This document shows, one piece after another, positions 18,195-32,013 of a stretch of DNA of 32,013 bases. The stretch lies in the UHGV virus genome UHGV-0351843. The stretch is one strand, 5' to 3'. Numbering within the stretch: the stretch's first letter is position 1; the number at the start of each line of letters is the position of its first letter. The notes beneath the pieces were generated by a model. It saw only the letters and a program-made list of their open reading frames with translations. It was not told the DNA's origin and ran no database searches. The position numbers were made by a program, and so were the translations under genes. Origin of the DNA: a virus.

Positions 18195-18392
18195 GAGGTT
18201 GCCCTGTATTCAGTGTCGCTGATTTGTATTGTCTGAAGTTGTTTTTACGTTAAGTTGATGCAGATCAATTAATACGATACCTGCGTCATAATTGATTATT
18301 TGACGTGGTTTGATGGCGTAGATGCACGTTGTGACATGTAGATGATAATTATTATCATTTTGCGGGTCCTTTCCGGCGATCCGACAGGTTAC

Positions 18393-18404
18393 GGGGCGGC
18401 GACC
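18393..18404. other. cos site: cosN 12-nt cohesive-end sequence GGGCGGCGACCT; cosQ upstream and cosB downstream
   Basis: ...gatccgacaggttacg|gggcggcgacct|ctcgggttttcgctatttatgaaaattttccgg... matches the lambda right-end/left-end junction as I recall it, about 190 bp upstream of nu1. Confidence 0.8.
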
Positions 18405-18582
18405 TCTCGGGTTTTCGCTATTTATGAAAATTTTCCGGTTTAAGGCGTTTCCGTTCTTCTTCGTCGTAACTTAATGTTTTTATTTAAAACACCCCCTGAA
18501 AAGAAAGGAAACGACAGGTGCTGAAAACGGGCTTTTTGGCCTCTGTCGTTTCCTTTCTCTGTTTTTGTCCGTGGAATGAACA

Positions 18583-19102
18583 ATGGAAGTCAACAAAAAG
18601 CAGCTGGCTGACATTTTCGGCGCGAGTATCCGTACCATTCAGAACTGGCAGGAGCAGGGAATGCCCGTTCTGCGGGGTGGTGGGAAGGGTAATGAGGTGC
18701 TTTATGATTCTGCCGCCGTCATAAAATGGTATGCCGAAAGGGATGCTGAAATTGAGAACGAAAAGCTGCGCCGGGAAGTTGAAGAACTGCGGCAGGCCAG
18801 CGAGACAGATCTCCAGCCAGGGACTATTGAGTACGAACGCCATCGACTTACGCGTGCGCAGGCCGACGCACAGGAGCTGAAAAATGCCAGAGACTCCGCT
18901 GAAGTGGTGGAAACCGCATTCTGTACTTTCGTGCTGTCGCGGATCGCAGGTGAAATTGCCAGTATTCTCGACGGGATCCCCCTGTCGGTGCAGCGGCGTT
19001 TTCCGGAACTGGAAAACCGACATGTTGATTTCCTGAAACGGGATATCATCAAAGCCATGAACAAAGCAGCCGCGCTGGATGAACTGATACCGGGGTTGCT
19101 GA

Positions 19103-19128
<26 letters not shown>
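18583..19128 (+). CDS. nu1: terminase small subunit
   Basis: The 181-aa product MEVNKKQLADIFGASIRTIQNWQEQGMPVLRGGGKGNEVLYDSAAVIKWYAERDAEIENEKLRREV... is recognised as lambda Nu1. Confidence 0.95.
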
Positions 19129-22809
<3,681 letters not shown>

Positions 22810-22829
<20 letters not shown>

Positions 22830-24129
22830 TCTCCCGCATATTGCCAGCATGGCTTTTAATGAGCCGCTGATGCTTGAACCCGCCTATGCGCGGGTTTTCT
22901 TTTGTGCGCTTGCAGGCCAGCTTGGGATCAGTCGCCTGACGGATGCAGTATCCGGCGACAGCCTGACTGCCGGAGAGGCACCCGCGGCGCTGGCGTTATC
23001 CGGTGATGATGACGGACCACGACAGGCCCGCAGTTATCAGGTCATGAACGGCATCGCCGTGCTGCCGGTGTCCGGTACGCTGGTCAGCCGGACGCGGGCG
23101 CTGCAGCCGTATTCGGGAATGACCGGTTACAACGGCATTATCGCTCGTCTGCAACAGGCTGCCAGCGATCCGATGGTGGACGGCATTCTGCTCGATATGG
23201 ACACACCGGGCGGGATGGTGGCGGGAGCATTTGACTGTGCTGACATCATCGCCCGTGTGCGTGACATAAAGCCGGTATGGGCGCTGGCCAACGACATGAA
23301 CTGCAGTGCAGGTCAGCTGCTTGCCAGCGCCGCCTCCCGGCGTCTGGTCACGCAGACCGCCCGGACAGGCTCCATCGGCGTCATGATGGCTCACAGTAAT
23401 TACGGCGCTGCGCTGGAGAAACAGGGCGTGGAAATCACGCTGATTTACAGCGGCAGCCATAAGGTGGATGGCAACCCCTACAGCCATCTACCGGGTGATG
23501 TCCGGGAGACACTGCAGTCCCGGATGGATGCAACCCGCCGGATGTTTGCGCAGAAGGTGTCGGCATATACCGGCCTGTCCGTGCAGGCTGTGCTGGATAC
23601 CGAGGCTGCAGTGTACAGCGGTCAGGAGGCCATTGATGCCGGACTGGCTGATGAACTTGTCAACAGCACCGATGCGATCACCGTTATGCGTGATGCACTG
23701 GATGCACGTAAATCCCGTCTCTCAGGAGGGCGAATGACCAAAGAGACTCAATCAACAACTGTTTCAGCCACTGCTTCGCAGGCTGACGTTACTGACGTGG
23801 TGCAAGCGACGGAGGGCGAAAACGCCAGCGCGGCGCAGCCGGACGTGAACGCGCAGATCACCGCTGCGGTTGCGGCAGAAAACAGCCGCATTATGGGGAT
23901 CCTCAACTGTGAGGAAGCTCACGGACGCGAAGAACAGGCACGTGTGCTGGCCGAAACCCCCGGTATGACCGTGGAAACGGCCCGCCGCATTCTGGCAGCT
24001 GCACCACAGAGTGCACAGGCGCGCAGTGACACTGCGCTGGATCGTCTGATGCAGGGGGCACCGGCACCACTGGCTGCAGGTAACCCGGCATCTGATGCCG
24101 TTAACGATTTGCTGAACACACCAGTGTAA
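22810..24129 (+). CDS. C: head maturation protease / minor capsid protein C
   Basis: GTG start at 22810 with AGGAG upstream inside track ORF 22675..24129. The 439-aa product begins (M)TAELRNLPHIASMAFNEPLMLEPAYARV, as lambda gpC. Confidence 0.9.
23524..24129 (+). CDS. nu3: scaffolding protein Nu3 (nested in-frame within C)
   Basis: In-frame internal ATG at 23524 giving a 201-aa product that shares the C stop, as in lambda. Confidence 0.8.
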   Translation: MDATRRMFAQKVSAYTGLSVQAVLDTEAAVYSGQEAIDAGLADELVNSTDAITVMRDALDARKSRLSGGRMTKETQSTTVSATASQADVTDVVQATEGENASAAQPDVNAQITAAVAAENSRIMGILNCEEAHGREEQARVLAETPGMTVETARRILAAAPQSAQARSDTALDRLMQGAPAPLAAGNPASDAVNDLLNTPV

Positions 24130-24138
24130 GGGATGTTT

Positions 24139-24471
24139 ATGACGAGCAAAGAAACCTTTACCCATTACCAGCCGCTGGGCAACAGTGACCCGGCACATAC
24201 GGCAACCGCGCCCGGCGGATTGAGTGCGAAAGCGCCTGCAATGACCCCGCTGATGCTGGACACCTCCACCCGTAAGCTGGTTGCGTGGGATGGCACCACC
24301 GACGGTACTGCCGTTGGCATTCTGGCGGTTGATGCTGACCAGACCAGCACCACGCTGACGTTCTACAAGTCCGGCACGTTCCGTTATGAGGATGTGCTCT
24401 GGCCGGAGGCTGCCAGCGACGAGACGAAAAAACGGACCGCGTTTGCCGGAACGGCAATCAGCATCGTTTAA
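24139..24471 (+). CDS. D: head decoration protein D
   Basis: [52 protein letters not shown]...; lambda gpD. Confidence 0.95.
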   Translation: MTSKETFTHYQPLGNSDPAHTATAPGGLSAKAPAMTPLMLDTSTRKLVAWDGTTDGTAVGILAVDADQTSTTLTFYKSGTFRYEDVLWPEAASDETKKRTAFAGTAISIV

Positions 24472-24490
24472 CCTTACCCTTCATCACTAA

Positions 24491-24514
24491 AGGCCGCCTG
24501 TGCGGCTTTTTTTA
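24491..24514 (+). terminator. stem-loop with T-run between D and E (possible attenuator/terminator)
   Basis: ggccgcc / tgt / gcggc followed by ttttttt. Confidence 0.4.
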
Positions 24515-24526
24515 CGGGATTTTTTT

Positions 24527-25552
24527 ATGTCGATGTACACAACCGCCCAGCTGCTGGCGGCAAATGAGCAGAAATTTAAGTTTGATCCGCTGTTTCTGCG
24601 TCTCTTTTTCCGTGAGAGCTATCCCTTCACCACGGAGAAAGTCTATCTCTCACAAATTCCGGGACTGGTAAACATGGCGCTGTACGTTTCGCCGATTGTT
24701 TCCGGTGAGGTTATCCGTTCCCGTGGCGGCTCCACCTCTGAATTTACGCCGGGATATGTCAAACCCAAGCATGAGGTGAATCCGCAGATGACCCTGCGTC
24801 GCCTGCCGGATGAAGATCCGCAGAATCTGGCGGACCCGGCTTACCGCCGCCGTCGCATCATCATGCAGAACATGCGAGACGAAGAGCTGGCCATTGCTCA
24901 GGTCGAAGAGATGCAGGCAGTTTCTGCTGTGCTTAAGGGCAAATACACCATGACCGGTGAAGCCTTCGATCCGGTTGAGGTGGATATGGGCCGCAGTGCG
25001 GCGAACAACATCACACAGTCCGGTGGTACGGAGTGGAGCAAGCGTGACAAGTCCACGTATGACCCGACCGACGATATCGAAGCCTATGCGCTGAACGCCA
25101 GCGGCGTGGTGAATATCATCGTGTTTGATCCGAAAGGCTGGGCGCTGTTCCGTTCCTTCAAAGCCGTCAAGGAGAAGCTGGATACCCGTCGCGGCTCTAA
25201 TTCCGAGCTGGAGACAGCGGTAAAAGACCTGGGCGAAGCGGTGTCCTATAAGGGGATGTATGGCGATACGGCGATCGTCGTGTATTCCGGACAGTACGTG
25301 GAAAACGACGTCAAAAAGAACTTCCTGCCGGACAACACGATGGTGCTGGGGAACACTCAGGCACGCGGTCTGCGCACCTATGGCTGCATTCAGGATGCGG
25401 ACGCACAGCGCGAAGGTATTAACGCCTCTGCCCGCTACCCGAAAAACTGGGTGACCACCGGCGATCCGGCGCGTGAGTTCACCATGATTCAGTCAGCACC
25501 GCTGATGCTGCTGGCTGATCCTGATGCGTTCGTGTCCGTACAACTGGCGTAA
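24527..25552 (+). CDS. E: major capsid protein E
   Basis: MSMYTTAQLLAANEQKFKFDPLFLRLFFRESYPFTTEKVYLSQIPG..., 341 aa; lambda gpE. Confidence 0.95.
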   Translation: MSMYTTAQLLAANEQKFKFDPLFLRLFFRESYPFTTEKVYLSQIPGLVNMALYVSPIVSGEVIRSRGGSTSEFTPGYVKPKHEVNPQMTLRRLPDEDPQNLADPAYRRRRIIMQNMRDEELAIAQVEEMQAVSAVLKGKYTMTGEAFDPVEVDMGRSAANNITQSGGTEWSKRDKSTYDPTDDIEAYALNASGVVNIIVFDPKGWALFRSFKAVKEKLDTRRGSNSELETAVKDLGEAVSYKGMYGDTAIVVYSGQYVENDVKKNFLPDNTMVLGNTQARGLRTYGCIQDADAQREGINASARYPKNWVTTGDPAREFTMIQSAPLMLLADPDAFVSVQLA

Positions 25553-25593
25553 TCATGGCCCTTCGGGGCCATTTTCTCTCTGTGGAGGAGTCC

Positions 25594-25989
25594 ATGACGA
25601 AAGATGAACTGATTGCCCGTCTTCAGGTGCTGGGTGAGCAACTGAACCGTGATGTCAGCCTGACGGGGACGAAAGAAGAACTGGTGCTCCGTGTGGCAGA
25701 GCTGGAAGAGGAGCTTGATGACACGGATGACGCTGCCGGTCAGGACACATCTGTCAGCCCGGAAAATGCGCTGACCGGACATGAAAATGAGGTGGTATCA
25801 GCGCAGCCGGATACCGTGATTGATACGGCTGCTCTGGTCACGGTCGTGGCACTGGTGACGCTGCATACTGATGCACTTCACGCCACGCGGGATGAGCCTG
25901 TGGCATTTGTGCTGCCGGGAACGGCGTTTCGTGTCTCTGCCGGTGTGGCAGCCGAAATGACAGAACATGGCCTGGCCAGAATGCAATAA
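25594..25989 (+). CDS. FI: DNA packaging protein FI
   Basis: MTKDELIARLQVLGEQLNRDVSLTGTKEEL...; lambda gpFI-like. Confidence 0.9.
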   Translation: MTKDELIARLQVLGEQLNRDVSLTGTKEELVLRVAELEEELDDTDDAAGQDTSVSPENALTGHENEVVSAQPDTVIDTAALVTVVALVTLHTDALHATRDEPVAFVLPGTAFRVSAGVAAEMTEHGLARMQ

Positions 25990-26000
25990 CGGGAGGCGCT

Positions 26001-26354
26001 GTGGCTGATTCCGATAACCTGTTCGATGCTGCCATTGCCCGCGCCGATGAAACGATACGCGGGTACATGGGAACGTCAGCCACCATGACATCCGGTGAGC
26101 TGTCCGGTGCTGTGATACGTGGTGTTTTTGATGACCCTGAAAATATCAGCTATGCCGGACAGGGGGTGCGCGTTGAAGGCTCCAGCCCGTCCCTGTTTGT
26201 CCGGACTGATGATGTGCGGCAGCTGCGGCGTGGAGACACACTGACCATCGGCGAGGAAAACTTCTGGGTGGACCGGATTTCGCCGGATGATGGCGGAAGC
26301 TGTCATCTCTGGCTTGGGCGTGGCGTGCCGCCTGCCGTTAACCGTCGCCGCTGA
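26001..26354 (+). CDS. FII: head-tail connector protein FII
   Basis: 117 aa; lambda gpFII-like. Confidence 0.9.
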   Translation: MADSDNLFDAAIARADETIRGYMGTSATMTSGELSGAVIRGVFDDPENISYAGQGVRVEGSSPSLFVRTDDVRQLRRGDTLTIGEENFWVDRISPDDGGSCHLWLGRGVPPAVNRRR

Positions 26355-26365
26355 AAGGGGGATGT

Positions 26366-26944
26366 ATGGCCATAAAAGGTCTTGAGCAGGCCGTTGAAAA
26401 CCTCAGCCGTATCAGCAAAACGGCGGTGCCTGGTGCCGCCGCAATGGCCATTAACCGCGTTGCGTCATCCGCGATATCGCAGTCTGCGTCACAGGTTGCC
26501 CGTGAGACAAAGGTACGCCGGAAACTGGTAAAGGAAAGGGCCAGGCTGAAAAGGGCCACGGTCAAAAATCCGCAGGCCAGAATCAGGGTTAACCGGGGGG
26601 ATTTGCCCGTAATCAAGCTGGGTAACGCGCGGGTTGTCCTTTCCCGCCGCAGACGTCGTAAAAAGGGGCAGCGTTCATCCCTGAAAGGTGGCGGCAGCGT
26701 GCTTGTGGTGGGAAACCGTCGTATTCCCGGCGCGTTTATTCAGCAACTGAAAAATGGCCGGTGGCATGTCATGCAGCGTGTGGCCGGGAAAAACCGTTAC
26801 CCCATTGATGTGGTGAAAATCCCGATGGCGGTGCCGCTTACCACGGCGTTTAAACAGAATATTGAACGGATACGGCGTGAACGTCTTCCGAAAGAGCTGG
26901 GCTATGCGCTGCAGCATCAACTGAGGATGGTAATAAAGCGATGA
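26366..26944 (+). CDS. Z: tail completion protein Z
   Basis: 192 aa; lambda gpZ-like. Confidence 0.9.
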   Translation: MAIKGLEQAVENLSRISKTAVPGAAAMAINRVASSAISQSASQVARETKVRRKLVKERARLKRATVKNPQARIRVNRGDLPVIKLGNARVVLSRRRRRKKGQRSSLKGGGSVLVVGNRRIPGAFIQQLKNGRWHVMQRVAGKNRYPIDVVKIPMAVPLTTAFKQNIERIRRERLPKELGYALQHQLRMVIKR

Positions 26945-27336
26945 AACATACTGAACTCCGTGCAGCCGTACTGGATGCACTGGAGAAGCATGACACCGGG
27001 GCGACGTTTTTTGATGGTCGCCCCGCTGTTTTTGATGAGGCGGATTTTCCGGCAGTTGCCGTTTATCTCACCGGCGCTGAATACACGGGCGAAGAGCTGG
27101 ACAGCGATACATGGCAGGCGGAGCTGCATATTGAAGTTTTCCTGCCTGCTCAGGTGCCGGATTCAGAGCTGGATGCGTGGATGGAGTCCCGGATTTATCC
27201 GGTGATGAGTGATATCCCGGCACTGTCAGATTTGATCACCAGTATGGTGGCCAGCGGCTATGACTACCGGCGCGACGATGATGCGGGCCTGTGGAGTTCA
27301 GCCGATCTGACTTATGTCATTACCTATGAAATGTGA
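26941..27336 (+). CDS. U: tail terminator protein U
   Basis: 131 aa; lambda gpU-like, start overlaps the Z stop. Confidence 0.9.
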   Translation: MKHTELRAAVLDALEKHDTGATFFDGRPAVFDEADFPAVAVYLTGAEYTGEELDSDTWQAELHIEVFLPAQVPDSELDAWMESRIYPVMSDIPALSDLITSMVASGYDYRRDDDAGLWSSADLTYVITYEM

Positions 27337-27343
27337 GGACGCT

Positions 27344-28084
27344 ATGCCTGTACCAAATCCTGTAATGCCGGTGAAAGGTGCCGGGACCACCCTGTGGGTT
27401 TATAAGGGAAGCGGTGACCCTTATGCGAATCCGCTTTCAGACGTTGACTGGTCGCGTCTGGCAAAAGTTAAAGACCTGACGCCCGGCGAACTGACCGCTG
27501 AGTCCTATGACGACAGCTATCTCGATGATGAAGATGCAGACTGGACTGCGACCGGGCAGGGGCAGAAATCTGCCGGAGATACCAGCTTCACGCTGGCGTG
27601 GATGCCCGGAGAGCAGGGGCAGCAGGCGCTGCTGGCGTGGTTTAATGAAGGGGATACCCGAGCCTATAAAATCCGCTTCCCGAACGGCACGGTCGATGTG
27701 TTCCGCGGCTGGGTCAGCAGTATCGGTAAGGCGGTGACGGCGAAGGAAGTGATCACCCGCACGGTGAAAGTCACCAACGTGGGCCGTCCGTCGATGGCAG
27801 AAGATCGCAGCACGGTGACGGCGACAACCGGCATGACTGTGACGCCTGCCAGCACCTCGGTGGTGAAAGGGCAGAGCACCACGCTGACCGTGGCATTCCA
27901 GCCGGAAGGCGCAACCGACAAGAGCTTCCGTGCGGTGTCTGCGGATAAAACAAAAGCCACCGTGTCGGTCAGTGGTATGACCATCACCGTGAAAGGTGTT
28001 GCTGCAGGCAAGGTCAACATTCCGGTCGTATCCGGTAATGGTGAACTTGCTGCGGTTGCAGAAATCACCGTCACCGCCAGTTAA
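27344..28084 (+). CDS. V: major tail tube protein V (with C-terminal Ig-like domain)
   Basis: [43 protein letters not shown]..., 246 aa; lambda gpV. Confidence 0.95.
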   Translation: MPVPNPVMPVKGAGTTLWVYKGSGDPYANPLSDVDWSRLAKVKDLTPGELTAESYDDSYLDDEDADWTATGQGQKSAGDTSFTLAWMPGEQGQQALLAWFNEGDTRAYKIRFPNGTVDVFRGWVSSIGKAVTAKEVITRTVKVTNVGRPSMAEDRSTVTATTGMTVTPASTSVVKGQSTTLTVAFQPEGATDKSFRAVSADKTKATVSVSGMTITVKGVAAGKVNIPVVSGNGELAAVAEITVTAS

Positions 28085-28099
28085 TCCGGGGAGTCAGAG

Positions 28100-28522
28100 A
28101 TGTTCCTGAAAACCGAATCATTTGAACATAACGGTGTGACCGTCACGCTTTCTGAACTGTCAGCCCTGCAGCGTATTGAGCATCTCGCCCTGATGAAACG
28201 GCAGGCAGAACAGGCGGAGTCAGACAGCAACCGGAAGTTTACTGTGGAAGACGCCATCAGAACCGGCGCGTTTCTGGTGGCGATGTCCCTGTGGCATAAC
28301 CATCCGAAGAAGACAAAGCTGCCTTCCATGAATGAAGCCGTTAAACAGATTGAGCAGGAAGTGCTTACCACCTGGCCCACGGAGGCAATTTCTCATGCTG
28401 AAAACGTGGTGTACCGGCTGTCCGGTATGTATGAGTTTGTGGTGAATGATGCTCCTGAACAGACAGAGGACGCCGGGCCTGCAGAGCCTGTTTCTGCGGG
28501 AAAGTGTTCGATGGTGAGCTGA
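28100..28522 (+). CDS. G: tail assembly chaperone G
   Basis: 140 aa; lambda gpG-like. Confidence 0.9.
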   Translation: MFLKTESFEHNGVTVTLSELSALQRIEHLALMKRQAEQAESDSNRKFTVEDAIRTGAFLVAMSLWHNHPKKTKLPSMNEAVKQIEQEVLTTWPTEAISHAENVVYRLSGMYEFVVNDAPEQTEDAGPAEPVSAGKCSMVS

Positions 28523-28938
28523 GTTTTGCCCTGAAACTGGCGCGAGAGATGGGGCGACCCGACTGGCGTGCCATGCTTGCCGGGATGTCATCCACGGAGT
28601 ATGCCGACTGGCACCGCTTTTACAGTACCCATTATTTTCATGATGTTCTGCTGGATATGCACTTTTCCGGGCTGACGTACACCGTGCTCAGCCTGTTTTT
28701 CAGCGATCCGGATATGCATCCGCTGGATTTCAGTCTGCTGAACCGGCGTGAGGCTGACGAAGAGCCTGAAGATGATGTGCTGATGCAGAAAGCGGCAGGG
28801 CTTGCCGGAGGCGTCCGCTTTGGCCCGGACGGGAATGAAGTTATCCCCGCTTCCCCGGATGTGGCGGACATGACGGAGGATGACGTAATGCTGATGACAG
28901 TATCAGAAGGGATCGCAGGAGGAGTCCGGTATGGCTGA
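28100..28938 (+). CDS. T: tail assembly chaperone G-T fusion produced by programmed -1 ribosomal frameshift
   Basis: Slippery heptamer G GGA AAG at 28498-28504 in the G frame. The -1 frame continues as ...GKVFDGELSFALKLAREMG... to the stop at 28938, which overlaps the H start. Confidence 0.85.
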
Positions 28939-31510
28939 ACCGGTAGGCGATCTGGTCGTTGATTTAAGTCTGGATGCGGCCAGATTTGACGAGCAGATGG
29001 CCAGAGTCAGGCGTCATTTTTCCGGTACGGAAACTGATGCGAAAAAAACAGCGGCAGTCGTTGAACAGTCGCTGAGCCGACAGGCGCTGGCTGCACAGAA
29101 AGCGGGGATTTCCGTCGGGCAGTATAAAGCCGCCATGCGTATGCTGCCTGCACAGTTCACCGACGTGGCCACGCAGCTTGCAGGCGGGCAAAGCCCGTGG
29201 CTGATCCTGCTGCAACAGGGGGGGCAGGTTAAGGACTCCTTCGGCGGGATGATCCCCATGTTCAGGGGGCTTGCCGGTGCGATCACCCTGCCGATGGTGG
29301 GGGCCACCTCGCTGGCGGTGGCGACCGGTGCGCTGGCGTATGCCTGGTATCAGGGCAACTCAACCCTGTCCGATTTCAACAAAACGCTGGTCCTTTCCGG
29401 CAATCAGGCGGGACTGACGGCAGATCGTATGCTGGTCCTGTCCAGAGCCGGGCAGGCGGCAGGGCTGACGTTTAACCAGACCAGCGAGTCACTGACGGCG
29501 CTGGTGAATGCCGGTGTGCGTGGTGGTGAGCAGTTTGAGGCGATCAGCCAGAGTGTGGCGCGTTTCTCCTCTGCATCCGGCGTGGAGGTGGACAAGGTCG
29601 CTGAAGCCTTCGGGAAGCTGACCACAGACCCGACGTCGGGGCTGACGGCGATGGCGCGTCAGTTCCATAACGTGACGGCGGAGCAGATTGCGTATGTTGC
29701 TCAGTTGCAGCGTTCCGGAGATGAAGCCGGGGCATTGCAGGCGGCGAACGAGGCCGCAACGAAAGGGTTTGATGACCAGACCCGCCGCCTGAAAGAGAAC
29801 ATGGGCACGCTGGAGACCTGGGCAGACAGGACAGCACGGGCATTCAAATCCATGTGGGATTCGGTGCTGGATATTGGTCGCCCGGACACTGCCCAGGGAA
29901 TGCTGGAGAAAGCAGAAAAGGCTTTTGATGAGGCGGACAAAAAATGGCAGTGGTATCAGAGCCGGAGCCACCGGCGCGGTAAAACCTCAGCATTTCTTGC
30001 CAATCTCCGGGGAGCATGGGAGGACAGAGCGAATGCGCAACTTGGGCTTTCAGCCGCCACGTTGCAGGCCGATCTTGAAAAGGCCAGAGAGATGGCAGCA
30101 AAGGACTGGGCCGAGTCTGAGGCATCACGGCTGAAATATACCGAAGAGGCGCAGAAGGCTTACGAACGGCTGCAGACGCCGCTGGAGAAATATACCGCCC
30201 GTCAGGAAGAACTGAACAAGGCACTGAAAGACGGGAAAATCCTGCAGGCGGATTACAACACGCTGATGGCGGCGGCGAAAAAGGATTATGAAGCGACGCT
30301 GAAAAAGCCGAAACAGTCCGGCGTGAAGGTGTCTGCGGGCGATCGTCAGGAAGACAGTGCTCATGCTGCCCTGCTGACGCTTCAGGCTGAACTCCGGACG
30401 CTGGAGAAGCATGCCGGAGCAAATGAGAAAATCAGCCAGCAGCGCCGGGATTTGTGGAAGGCGGAGAGCCAGTTCGCGGTACTGGAGGAGGCGGCGCAAC
30501 GTCGCCAGCTGTCTGCACAGGAGAAATCCCTGCTGGCGCATAAAGATGAGACGCTGGAGTACAAACGCCAGCTGGCTGCACTTGGCGACAAGGTTACGTA
30601 TCAGGAGCGCCTGAACGCGCTGGCGCAGCAGGCGGATAAATTCGCACAGCAGCAACGGGCAAAACGGGCCGCCATTGATGCGAAAAGCCGGGGGCTGACT
30701 GACCGGCAGGCAGAACGGGAAGCCACGGAACAGCGCCTGAAGGAACAGTATGGCGATAATCCGCTGGCGCTGAATAACGTCATGTCAGAGCAGAAAAAGA
30801 CCTGGGCGGCTGAAGACCAGCTTCGCGGGAGCTGGATGGCAGGCCTGAAGTCCGGCTGGAGTGAGTGGGAAGAGAGCGCCACGGACAGTATGTCGCAGGT
30901 AAAAAGTGCAGCCACGCAGACCTTTGATGGTATTGCACAGAATATGGCGGCGATGCTGATCGGCAGTGAGCAGAACTGGCGCAGCTTCACCCGTTCCGTG
31001 CTGTCCATGATGACAGAAATTCTGCTTAAGCAGGCAATGGTGGGGATTGTCGGGAGTATCGGCAGCGCCATTGGCGGGGCTGTTGGTGGCGGCGCATCCG
31101 CGTCAGGCGGTACAGCCATTCAGGCCGCTGCGGCGAAATTCCATTTTGCAACCGGAGGATTTACGGGAACCGGCGGCAAATATGAGCCAGCGGGGATTGT
31201 TCACCGTGGTGAATTTGTCTTCACGAAGGAGGCAACCAGCCGGATTGGCGTGGGGAATCTTTACCGGCTGATGCGCGGCTATGCCACCGGCGGTTATGTC
31301 GGTACACCGGGCAGCATGGCAGACAGCCGGTCGCAGGCGTCCGGGACGTTTGAGCAGAATAACCATGTGGTGATTAACAACGACGGCACGAACGGGCAGA
31401 TAGGTCCGGCTGCTCTGAAGGCGGTGTATGACATGGCCCGCAAGGGTGCCCGTGATGAAATTCAGACACAGATGCGTGATGGTGGCCTGTTCTCCGGAGG
31501 TGGACGATGA
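28931..31510 (+). CDS. H: tail tape measure protein H
   Basis: 859-aa Ala/Gln-rich coiled-coil protein in the lambda gpH position (lambda H is about 853 aa as I recall). Confidence 0.95.
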   Translation: MAEPVGDLVVDLSLDAARFDEQMARVRRHFSGTETDAKKTAAVVEQSLSRQALAAQKAGISVGQYKAAMRMLPAQFTDVATQLAGGQSPWLILLQQGGQVKDSFGGMIPMFRGLAGAITLPMVGATSLAVATGALAYAWYQGNSTLSDFNKTLVLSGNQAGLTADRMLVLSRAGQAAGLTFNQTSESLTALVNAGVRGGEQFEAISQSVARFSSASGVEVDKVAEAFGKLTTDPTSGLTAMARQFHNVTAEQIAYVAQLQRSGDEAGALQAANEAATKGFDDQTRRLKENMGTLETWADRTARAFKSMWDSVLDIGRPDTAQGMLEKAEKAFDEADKKWQWYQSRSHRRGKTSAFLANLRGAWEDRANAQLGLSAATLQADLEKAREMAAKDWAESEASRLKYTEEAQKAYERLQTPLEKYTARQEELNKALKDGKILQADYNTLMAAAKKDYEATLKKPKQSGVKVSAGDRQEDSAHAALLTLQAELRTLEKHAGANEKISQQRRDLWKAESQFAVLEEAAQRRQLSAQEKSLLAHKDETLEYKRQLAALGDKVTYQERLNALAQQADKFAQQQRAKRAAIDAKSRGLTDRQAEREATEQRLKEQYGDNPLALNNVMSEQKKTWAAEDQLRGSWMAGLKSGWSEWEESATDSMSQVKSAATQTFDGIAQNMAAMLIGSEQNWRSFTRSVLSMMTEILLKQAMVGIVGSIGSAIGGAVGGGASASGGTAIQAAAAKFHFATGGFTGTGGKYEPAGIVHRGEFVFTKEATSRIGVGNLYRLMRGYATGGYVGTPGSMADSRSQASGTFEQNNHVVINNDGTNGQIGPAALKAVYDMARKGARDEIQTQMRDGGLFSGGGR

Positions 31511-31836
31511 AGACCTTCCGCTGGAAAGTGAAACCCGGTATGGATGTGGCTTCGGTCCCTTCTGTAAGAAAGGTGCGCTTTGGTGATGGCTATTCTCAGC
31601 GAGCGCCTGCCGGGCTGAATGCCAACCTGAAAACGTACAGCGTGACGCTTTCTGTCCCCCGTGAGGAGGCCACGGTACTGGAGTCGTTTCTGGAAGAGCA
31701 CGGGGGCTGGAAAGCCTTTCTGTGGACGCCGCCTTATGAGTGGCGGCAGATAAAGGTGACCTGCGCAAAATGGTCGTCGCGGGTCAGTATGTTGCGTGTT
31801 GAGTTCAGCGCAGAGTTTGAACAGGTGGTGAACTGA
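31507..31836 (+). CDS. M: minor tail protein M
   Basis: 109 aa; lambda gpM-like. Confidence 0.9.
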   Translation: MKTFRWKVKPGMDVASVPSVRKVRFGDGYSQRAPAGLNANLKTYSVTLSVPREEATVLESFLEEHGGWKAFLWTPPYEWRQIKVTCAKWSSRVSMLRVEFSAEFEQVVN

Positions 31837-32013
31837 TGCAGGATATCCGGCAGGAAACACTGAATGAATGCACCCGTGCGGAGCAGTCGGCCAGCGTGGT
31901 GCTCTGGGAAATCGACCTGACAGAGGTCGGTGGAGAACGTTATTTTTTCTGTAATGAGCAGAACGAAAAAGGTGAGCCGGTCACCTGGCAGGGGCGACAG
32001 TATCAGCCGTATC
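31836..32013 (+). CDS. L: minor tail protein L (5' partial, runs off window end)
   Basis: The ATG at 31836 overlaps the M stop; MQDIRQETLNECTRAEQSASVVLWEIDLTEVGGERYFF... is as lambda gpL. Confidence 0.85.
   Translation, partial: MQDIRQETLNECTRAEQSASVVLWEIDLTEVGGERYFFCNEQNEKGEPVTWQGRQYQPY

Noticed and set aside
29489-31768. Cluster of overlapping minus-strand ORFs (160-221 aa) inside the tape measure gene
   Set aside because: Antisense to gpH, whose Ala/Gln-rich repetitive coding sequence yields stop-poor reverse frames. No independent coding evidence.

Overview
This window is about 32 kb of a mosaic lambdoid prophage of the E. coli type, read left to right. It starts with an immunity and replication module: a leftward HTH repressor, a rightward Cro-like/YdaT-like pair and an O/YdaU-like initiator with an iteron array inside its gene. 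Next is an AT-rich island (about 4300-7000) carrying two leftward genes, an AbiH-like protein and a 463-aa protein with a possible PD-(D/E)xK motif; this is my best candidate for an undescribed anti-phage defence locus. A nin-like region follows with a Hok-family toxin, a DUF968 protein and antiterminator Q with a downstream terminator. After Q sits a complete IS3 copy (1258 bp, TAG target duplication) that has split a Blc-like lipocalin gene, then a YbgA-like gene and an AT-rich AraC-family regulator. The lysis cassette is pinholin, YdfR-like, SAR endolysin and Rz/Rz1, followed by a cold-shock/Gns cluster. From the cos site (18393) to the end, the sequence is a near-lambda head and tail module (nu1, A, W, B, C/nu3, D, E, FI, FII, Z, U, V, G/G-T, H, M, partial L). 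No tRNA, rRNA or CRISPR array was seen. All family assignments rest on reading the translations and on recalled family signatures; no database search was run.
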